This document shows, piece by piece, positions 58,080 through 64,000 of a stretch of DNA of 64,000 bases. The stretch spans positions 4,014-68,013 of the forward strand of contig JAENWJ010000002.1 in NCBI GenBank assembly GCA_016649995.1, read 5' to 3'. The stretch is from Peptostreptococcaceae bacterium (GTDB taxonomy: Bacteria > Bacillota > Clostridia > Peptostreptococcales > BM714). The position numbers and the translations under genes were made by a program. The number at the start of each line of letters is the position of its first letter. The stretch's first letter is position 1. The notes below the pieces were generated by a model, which ran no database searches, was not told the DNA's origin, and saw nothing but the letters and a program-made list of their open reading frames with translations.

Positions 58080-59386
58080 GAAACCTCCCCGTCTCTTGGG
58101 TAGACGACGCTAAGCACTGTCTTCCCTTCGATACTGTAATTCTTCTGCATTTTCAGATATGTTTCATATTCAAATTTCTCAAGCTCTCTAAAATAGTTGA
58201 AAAAGCCTACTCCCTTATGGTATGTCGAAACATAGGCATTTGCAATATATTCCAATGAGTTGAGATATATCAACGATTCACCCTTCAGTTTTCTTTTTAT
58301 TCTATCAAAGTCTTCCTCCCGTATCTCTTTGGATAATGATTCTATTAATGCTTCTTTCAGAAGCCTATACGCTTCTTGCGGTTTTTCGCTCTCGCCGCCA
58401 ATTATTATGTGTCCGTAGGCCGGACCATAATTATAATCATACCCAAAATTCTTTCCTATCATCCCGTCTTCGTAAAGCTCCGTATAAAGCTTCGAACCCT
58501 TCCCAAGCATATTGGTTAGAAATATATCTATGAAAATTTCTTTTTTCAATATGTCCGATTCTATTTCTGACTCCTGATTACATTTTATTCCCATGTAAAA
58601 AATTGGGCTGGCAACAGAAAACATCTCCCTATGCATTTCCTTGACAATCTTATCCCTGTCCTCAGCGATTACCCTTTCTATTTTGCAATTCCTGCTTTTG
58701 AAATCTTCGGTAAGAGTGCTTTCAATAACATCTATGGCCTTAAAACGGTCTATATCTCCAATTAAAAATACAATCATATTGCGCGGACTGTAGAATGTAC
58801 TGTAGCATTTAAGCAACTTTTCCTTGTCTATGCTTTTTATGCTTTCTACAGTTCCGGCAATATCGATATGGATTGGATGCTTCGAATACAGGAGCTTAAG
58901 CGTATTTATATAGGCCTGCCATTCCGGATTGTCTTCATACATCATTATTTCCTGCTTAATGATACCTTTTTCTTTTTCAACACTGTCTTGGTCAATATTT
59001 AGTGTTTGTACAAAACCTATTAGCGTCTCCAAGTTTTCATAAAATCTGTCAGTACAACTAAACAGATAATTGGTTGAATCATGGCTTGTAAAGGCGTTTG
59101 CACTTGCCCCGGTTTTCGAAAAAACCTCGAAAATATCTCCTTCTTCCTCTTCAAATACTTTATGCTCCAAAAAATGAGCTATACCCTGTGGCATATCTTG
59201 ATACTCACCGTCCGCTATGAAGCTGTTGTCTATAGATCCATATCGTGTGCCAAAAAAAGCGTATTTTTTAGAAAACCCTTTTTTTTCCATCACATGTATT
59301 TCTAAACCTTCTTCTGTTTTATATTTATATACCGTTTCTTCCAAATGCGGTATTTTTATTGTTTCAATTTTTTTCAATTTGCTCAC
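58076..59386 (-). CDS. M16 family zinc peptidase (active subunit, YmfH-like)
   Basis: 436 aa with the inverted zinc motif HFLEH (HxxEH) near the N-terminus. Overlaps lgt and its M16 partner gene. Confidence 0.8.
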   Translation of the reverse strand: MSKLKKIETIKIPHLEETVYKYKTEEGLEIHVMEKKGFSKKYAFFGTRYGSIDNSFIADGEYQDMPQGIAHFLEHKVFEEEEGDIFEVFSKTGASANAFTSHDSTNYLFSCTDRFYENLETLIGFVQTLNIDQDSVEKEKGIIKQEIMMYEDNPEWQAYINTLKLLYSKHPIHIDIAGTVESIKSIDKEKLLKCYSTFYSPRNMIVFLIGDIDRFKAIDVIESTLTEDFKSRNCKIERVIAEDRDKIVKEMHREMFSVASPIFYMGIKCNQESEIESDILKKEIFIDIFLTNMLGKGSKLYTELYEDGMIGKNFGYDYNYGPAYGHIIIGGESEKPQEAYRLLKEALIESLSKEIREEDFDRIKRKLKGESLIYLNSLEYIANAYVSTYHKGVGFFNYFRELEKFEYETYLKMQKNYSIEGKTVLSVVYPRDGEVS

Positions 59387-60662
59387 CCTTTTTATCTAAG
59401 AAATAGACCGTATCCAGAAAAATACCTTCAGCAGCCTTCAAAACACTTGCTTTGTCAATGGCTTCGAATTGCCTTATAATTTCTTCCGCCTCCATATAGG
59501 AATGCGTCAATATCCTTGAATAGTAGTAGTTTATTATTTTGTTTGGAGAATCCTTTATCGAGTTTATTGAAGAAATAATTGATTTCTTTGCGTTCTCCAT
59601 ATCCTCTTCGTTAAATAAACCCTGTTTCATTTGTTCAACCTGCTCTAAAATCAAATCAACCACTCTGTCCTTCTTTTCAAAGTCAATTCCGCTGGCTATG
59701 AACAAAGCAGATTTAAATTTTTCAACAGTTGAAAAAATACTGTAACAAAGGCTTTCCTTCTCCCGAATATTTCTAAACAGCTTGGAATAGGAACCCCCTC
59801 CAAGGATTTCATTAAAAACCAAGAGTGACCTATACTGAGCGTCTTCATAGGCAATGTTTGTTCTAAATCCCATGACAAGCTTTCCCTGGGCTATATCCAT
59901 CTTTTCATTGATATTTTTAGGGCTTTGCAAAGGGTAAATATGTTTTTCTCTTGAAATAGGCTTCGATTCTTCATTCTTGAATTCAAATAATTTCAATATG
60001 TCTCCTGCATAATGATTCCTGTCATCCCTTGAAACTATGAATATGTCAACTTTAGAGGTCGCCAATACTGCTAGATAGTGTTCATAAAGTGATTTTTCAT
60101 CAAGAGCCAAAATGTGCTTTAATTCGCCATCTTCATTGACAGCAAAGGGCTCTCCCTTAAACATTTCTTCTATGCAGCGATCGAAAGCATATGCCATCTT
60201 GTTGTTTATTCTATTCTCCAATTTTATAATCTGATTTTTCTTTTCTTGCTCGAAATAGTTCTTCTGAAACGAATCCCCTTCAGTGTAGGGATGGTTTACA
60301 ATTTCGTTGAGCATGCTAATGCATTTTTCAAAGATGTTCTCATCTTCAATATAATTGCTATCCGGAAATTGCATCTGGAATTTTATAATCTGCCTTTCAC
60401 CAAACTTGCTTATGCTTGTAGAATAAACAGCTCCATATAGACTATCCAATGCTCTGTACAAATCCCTGCTCATTGGATACTTCTCCGTTCCTCTTCTCAT
60501 CAATGCTGTTAGCATTGCATTTTTTGACGCTTCATCCTCCGAAAGTTGTCTTTCAAAAAAAATGCCTACCGAATCCGTTTTGAATTGACTCGTTTTCAAT
60601 GTGTATAGGTTTATATTTGGACCAAGCTCATGAACTTCTATTCCTTTAAACAATATTTTCAC
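59364..60662 (-). CDS. M16 family peptidase-like protein lacking HxxEH (YmfF-like, probably non-catalytic partner)
   Basis: 432 aa with M16 fold-like length and pattern, but no HxxEH in the N-terminal region. Confidence 0.7.
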   Translation of the reverse strand: MKILFKGIEVHELGPNINLYTLKTSQFKTDSVGIFFERQLSEDEASKNAMLTALMRRGTEKYPMSRDLYRALDSLYGAVYSTSISKFGERQIIKFQMQFPDSNYIEDENIFEKCISMLNEIVNHPYTEGDSFQKNYFEQEKKNQIIKLENRINNKMAYAFDRCIEEMFKGEPFAVNEDGELKHILALDEKSLYEHYLAVLATSKVDIFIVSRDDRNHYAGDILKLFEFKNEESKPISREKHIYPLQSPKNINEKMDIAQGKLVMGFRTNIAYEDAQYRSLLVFNEILGGGSYSKLFRNIREKESLCYSIFSTVEKFKSALFIASGIDFEKKDRVVDLILEQVEQMKQGLFNEEDMENAKKSIISSINSIKDSPNKIINYYYSRILTHSYMEAEEIIRQFEAIDKASVLKAAEGIFLDTVYFLDKKGEQIEKN

Positions 60663-60811
60663 CTCATAATATTATCGTTTATACTAGTAAAGACTATCAC
60701 ATAGTATACCATTAAATCAACGCTCACTCAGACAAATTTAGGGATACGGGTTTATTATTGTTCGTTTTTCGTTTATAATCAGATTTGAAGAAGTACAAAA
60801 AGGAGTCTTAT

Positions 60812-61903
60812 ATGAAACTAGGAATAGTTGGCATGCCCAATGTTGGAAAAAGCACTTTGTTCAACGCCATTACAAAAGCCGGCGCTGAATCCGCAAATTA
60901 TCCGTTCTGTACGATTGAACCCAATGTGGGAGTAGTGTCCGTACCGGATGAAAGGTTGAACCGCCTTACAGAAATGCATAATTCTAAAAAAACAGTCCCA
61001 ACCGCAATAGAGTTCTATGACATAGCAGGACTAGTAAAAGGAGCCAGCAAGGGCGAAGGGCTTGGCAATAAGTTTCTCTCACATATCCGAGAGGTCGAAG
61101 CCATCGTTCACGTTGTAAGATGCTTCGAAGACCCAAATGTCGTGCATGTTGACGGAAGTGTTGACCCGCAAAGGGATATCGATGTCATTAATTTGGAGTT
61201 GATTCTATCGGATCTTGAAATGGTCGAAAAAAAGATGCACAAACTTCAAAAATCTATTAAAAGCGACAAAAGCCAGCTTAAGAGCTTTGAACTTCTCCAG
61301 CAAATACTTTCCGCTCTAGAAGAAGGGTTGCCTGCAAGATCGGTAAAATACGATGAAAACCTTTCGGATTTTGTCAAAAATCTTTACCTTTTAACGACAA
61401 AACCCGTTATTTATGTGGCCAATGTCTCAGAAGAAGGTGCTTTAAGCTCTTCGGAAAATCCGCTTCTTGAAAAAGTCCTAGAAATCGGACTTAAGGAAAA
61501 TGCCGAAGTCATTAAGATATCGGCTAAGTTAGAGGCAGAACTGCTTGAATTGGAAGAGGATGAAAAGTCTCTCTACATGGAAGAAATTGGCATGACAGAA
61601 ACCGGTTTGCATAAGTTGATTCAAGCATGTTACGCAATTCTAGGGCTTATTTCCTTCCTTACTTCAGGTGAACCGGAAACGAGAGCTTGGACCATAGTAA
61701 AAGGCTCGAAAGCACCTCAGGCGGCCGGAAAAATACACACCGATTTTGAAAAGGGCTTTATTCGTGCCGAGGTGGTTTCCTATGAAGATTTACTTGAAGC
61801 CGGAAGTCTTCATGCAGCCAAGGAAAAAGGCATTCTCCGTTTAGAGGGCAAAGATTATGTTGTAAAAGACGGAGACGTTATGCATTTCAGATTCAACGTA
61901 TAA
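60812..61903 (+). CDS. ychF: redox-regulated ribosome-binding ATPase YchF
   Basis: N-terminus MKLGIVGMPNVGKST (P-loop) and a C-terminal TGS-like domain (DGDVMHFRFNV). The ATG at 60812 has AAGGAG 6 nt upstream; the track start at 60785 lacks an SD. Confidence 0.92.
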   Translation: MKLGIVGMPNVGKSTLFNAITKAGAESANYPFCTIEPNVGVVSVPDERLNRLTEMHNSKKTVPTAIEFYDIAGLVKGASKGEGLGNKFLSHIREVEAIVHVVRCFEDPNVVHVDGSVDPQRDIDVINLELILSDLEMVEKKMHKLQKSIKSDKSQLKSFELLQQILSALEEGLPARSVKYDENLSDFVKNLYLLTTKPVIYVANVSEEGALSSSENPLLEKVLEIGLKENAEVIKISAKLEAELLELEEDEKSLYMEEIGMTETGLHKLIQACYAILGLISFLTSGEPETRAWTIVKGSKAPQAAGKIHTDFEKGFIRAEVVSYEDLLEAGSLHAAKEKGILRLEGKDYVVKDGDVMHFRFNV

Positions 61904-61906
61904 TTT

Positions 61907-61949
61907 AAAAAAGCCTTCTGCGTCAGTTTGTCCGCAGAAGGCTTTTTTT
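61907..61949. terminator. bidirectional terminator between ychF (+) and the deoC operon (-)
   Basis: AAGCCTTCTGCG-tcagtttgtc-CGCAGAAGGCTT (12 bp stem) flanked by AAAA on the left and TTTTTT on the right. Confidence 0.8.
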
Positions 61950-61954
61950 ACATT

Positions 61955-62773
61955 CTATAATGGCGCATATTTGTCAAATGGCAAAATTGCATTGTTGTAG
62001 ATTATATTATACAAATCAACAGCCATTTCCATATTGCACTCGATATACTCGCCTTCGTAATCAAGAAACTGCCATATGCTGTCATAACCCATAAATGCTC
62101 CAATCATGGCACCCGTGGGAATCGAAGCAAATTTACCCGCCTCCGAATTAGAATATGAGCAGTCAACTGCACGCAGAATATCCTCTCTCATGCGCAAGGC
62201 GACAACTAAAGAAGCGCCAAATGCCTTATATGGCACTATGTCATCTGAAATAAATTTTATAGTTGTATCCAAGTCCTTTCGGCTTTCATAAAGAGCTACT
62301 ACCAATTTCATCAGCTCTGTCAATTCTTCATCGTCTCCGGTTTCATAAAAAAATCCCATGGCCCAATTTATCGACTGCTTGAATTTCTCTCCTCTTGTTA
62401 TTCCGGATAAAATCCCCGCCATCATAGCAAATGCCATTCTATCTTTTGAATCCTTTATATCCCATTTTTCACATAATGAAAGTGTCCATTTGAAAGCCGA
62501 TTCCTTTTCAAATGCCATTCCTAAAACAACTGCGGCACTCAAAGCATCAAGCTCGGAAAATGATGCTTTCCCTTGATTCTCGCTTATAAAATAGTCAATC
62601 AAACAAGCTTCCCCTTTTATTTTTCCTTGCTGATAAAATCTTATGCAAGCTCTAAGACTTTTCTCAAGAGCCGAATATGCACCATTTCCACATTCATCGC
62701 CATATTCTGCGCTCGCTTGTATCCCTATCAATGCTCCACAAAAGCATCCCAAAACTCTGTTTTTCGTATTCAT
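61955..62773 (-). CDS. ADP-ribosylglycohydrolase-like protein with degenerate metal-binding motifs (function unknown)
   Basis: 272 aa. The N-terminus RVLGCFCGALIGIQAS and C-terminal segment KFASIPTGAMIGAFMGY align in spacing with the ARH motifs LGxxxGxAxGDAxG and GGDTDTxAAIAGALxGA, but the Asp/Thr ligands are replaced. It lies 3 nt downstream of deoC. The assignment comes from remembered motifs only. Confidence 0.35.
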   Translation of the reverse strand: MNTKNRVLGCFCGALIGIQASAEYGDECGNGAYSALEKSLRACIRFYQQGKIKGEACLIDYFISENQGKASFSELDALSAAVVLGMAFEKESAFKWTLSLCEKWDIKDSKDRMAFAMMAGILSGITRGEKFKQSINWAMGFFYETGDDEELTELMKLVVALYESRKDLDTTIKFISDDIVPYKAFGASLVVALRMREDILRAVDCSYSNSEAGKFASIPTGAMIGAFMGYDSIWQFLDYEGEYIECNMEMAVDLYNIIYNNAILPFDKYAPL

Positions 62774-62776
62774 CGC

Positions 62777-63418
62777 CTATTCAACAATTTTCACCGAAGC
62801 ACTTGCTCCGATACGGGTCGCTCCGGCTTCAATCATTTTAAGAGCCTTTTCCCTATCCCTAATGCCTCCCGATGCTTTTATGCCAGCATTTTCTCCTACA
62901 ACGCTCTTAATAATGATTATATCTGAAGCCTTGGCACCTTCCGGTCCAAAACCCGTTGATGTTTTCACAAAATCAGCTCCGCCTCGTAAAACAAGCTCAG
63001 CGGCCTTCTTTACTTCCGATTCATCAAGGTAACATGTTTCAATAATAACCTTCAGAACTCTGTCCTTACCCGTTGATATCCTTACCGCCTTGATATCCTC
63101 TTCGACATAGGAATACTCACCATTCTTGAATGCTCCGATATTCATTACCATATCTATTTCATCAGCCCCGTCAGCAACAGCCTTTTGTGTTTCACAAACC
63201 TTTACAGCCGTAGTTGTCGCTCCAAGAGGAAAACCTACAACTGCTGCAACCTTTACATCCTTGCCCTTCAGCTCAATTGCAGCCCTTGAAACATAGTATG
63301 GATTCACACATACTGCGAAAAATCCGTGTTCCGCCGCCTCTTTGCAGAGCTTGTCTATCTCATCTCCTTTTGCCTCAGCCTTCAAAAGAGTATGATCCAT
63401 CATTTTTCTCAATTCCAT
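62777..63418 (-). CDS. deoC: deoxyribose-phosphate aldolase
   Basis: 213 aa with MDHTLLKAEA, a VCVNP segment and the Schiff-base lysine region FVKTSTGF. Confidence 0.92.
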   Translation of the reverse strand: MELRKMMDHTLLKAEAKGDEIDKLCKEAAEHGFFAVCVNPYYVSRAAIELKGKDVKVAAVVGFPLGATTTAVKVCETQKAVADGADEIDMVMNIGAFKNGEYSYVEEDIKAVRISTGKDRVLKVIIETCYLDESEVKKAAELVLRGGADFVKTSTGFGPEGAKASDIIIIKSVVGENAGIKASGGIRDREKALKMIEAGATRIGASASVKIVE

Positions 63419-63440
63419 AATAAACCTCCTTCGGCTATTC

Positions 63441-63977
63441 TTATTTATAAATCTCTTCTTTCAGCACTGCCACATAAGGCAGATTGCGATAACCTTCAGC
63501 AAAATCTATGCCGTATCCAACAATGAAAGCATCCGGTATTTTGAATCCTATATAGTCAACATCAAGATCTACCTTTCTCCTATCGGGTTTGTCAAGTAAT
63601 GTGCAAATCTTCAAGCTTGACGGTTTTCTTTCCATCAATATCCTTGTTAAATACTTTAGCGTCAGTCCCGAATCGATGATGTCTTCGACAATAAGGACAT
63701 CTTTTCCTTCAATGCTGAAATCCAAGTCCTTAAGAATCCGTACAGTTCCGGAGCTCTCTGTCGACATCCCATAACTGGAAACTGCCATAAAATCCATATG
63801 CATCGGCAAATCGATTTTACGTATCAAGTCGCTCATGAAAATATTTGCGCCCTTCAGGACACCAACAACAAACAAATCCTTGCCTTTATAATCTTTTGTC
63901 ATAGCCTTGCCCATTTCTTCTATCCTACCCGCAAGTTCATTCTCTGAAATCAACACTTTCTGTACTTTTTCTCTCAT
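63441..63977 (-). CDS. hpt: hypoxanthine phosphoribosyltransferase
   Basis: 178 aa with the PRPP-binding motif VLIVEDIIDSGLT. Confidence 0.92.
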   Translation of the reverse strand: MREKVQKVLISENELAGRIEEMGKAMTKDYKGKDLFVVGVLKGANIFMSDLIRKIDLPMHMDFMAVSSYGMSTESSGTVRILKDLDFSIEGKDVLIVEDIIDSGLTLKYLTRILMERKPSSLKICTLLDKPDRRKVDLDVDYIGFKIPDAFIVGYGIDFAEGYRNLPYVAVLKEEIYK

Positions 63978-64000
63978 TATCGTCTCCTCTTTTCAATCTT

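Noticed and set aside
1-64000. Search for CRISPR repeats, tRNA/rRNA genes, IS elements, prophage genes and defence islands.
   Set aside because: There is no non-coding stretch long enough (the maximum is about 260 nt), and I saw no periodic repeat arrays or diagnostic protein motifs in any frame.

Overview
AT-rich, low-GC Firmicutes (Clostridia/Tissierellia-like) chromosomal core. About 64 tightly packed coding features are present, and only four are on the + strand (tmcAL, rpmB, rqcH, ychF). No intergenic gap exceeds about 260 bp. Gene blocks, reading along + coordinates: (1) the pilB-pilT-pilC part of a type IV pilus locus, which continues beyond the window start. (2) mltG-trmR-U32 peptidase plus a decayed udk. 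(3) rnj, rnc, plsX, rpmF, ackA. (4) recG-rsmD-coaD, fakA-asp23, rpmB. (5) rny, recX, recA, cinA, pgsA, rimO, ftsK, dapF. (6) rqcH, rluD, mtnN. (7) the divIVA-ylmH-yggT-sepF-yggS division block, then gpsA-der-DUF512-nrdR. (8) a complete dcw cluster from mraZ to ftsZ. (9) lgt, an M16 peptidase pair, ychF, deoC and hpt. I found no tRNA or rRNA genes, CRISPR arrays, transposases, integrases, phage genes or recognisable defence, toxin or secondary-metabolite genes. I do not see a novel multi-gene system, and the window reads as ordinary housekeeping DNA. The observations worth a second look are small-scale. They are: a udk gene with an in-frame-like internal deletion plus a homopolymer frameshift; a tandem MshEN (c-di-GMP-binding) motif in PilB; a palindromic bidirectional terminator buried in the last codons of convergent rqcH and rluD; terminator hairpins ahead of rny and recX that correct two over-extended ORF calls; phased MraZ-box-like repeats; a dcw cluster without ftsA; and an ADP-ribosylglycohydrolase-like protein that lacks the metal-ligand motifs. 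Function calls rest on motifs read from the translations and on remembered synteny with Bacillus subtilis, not on database searches.
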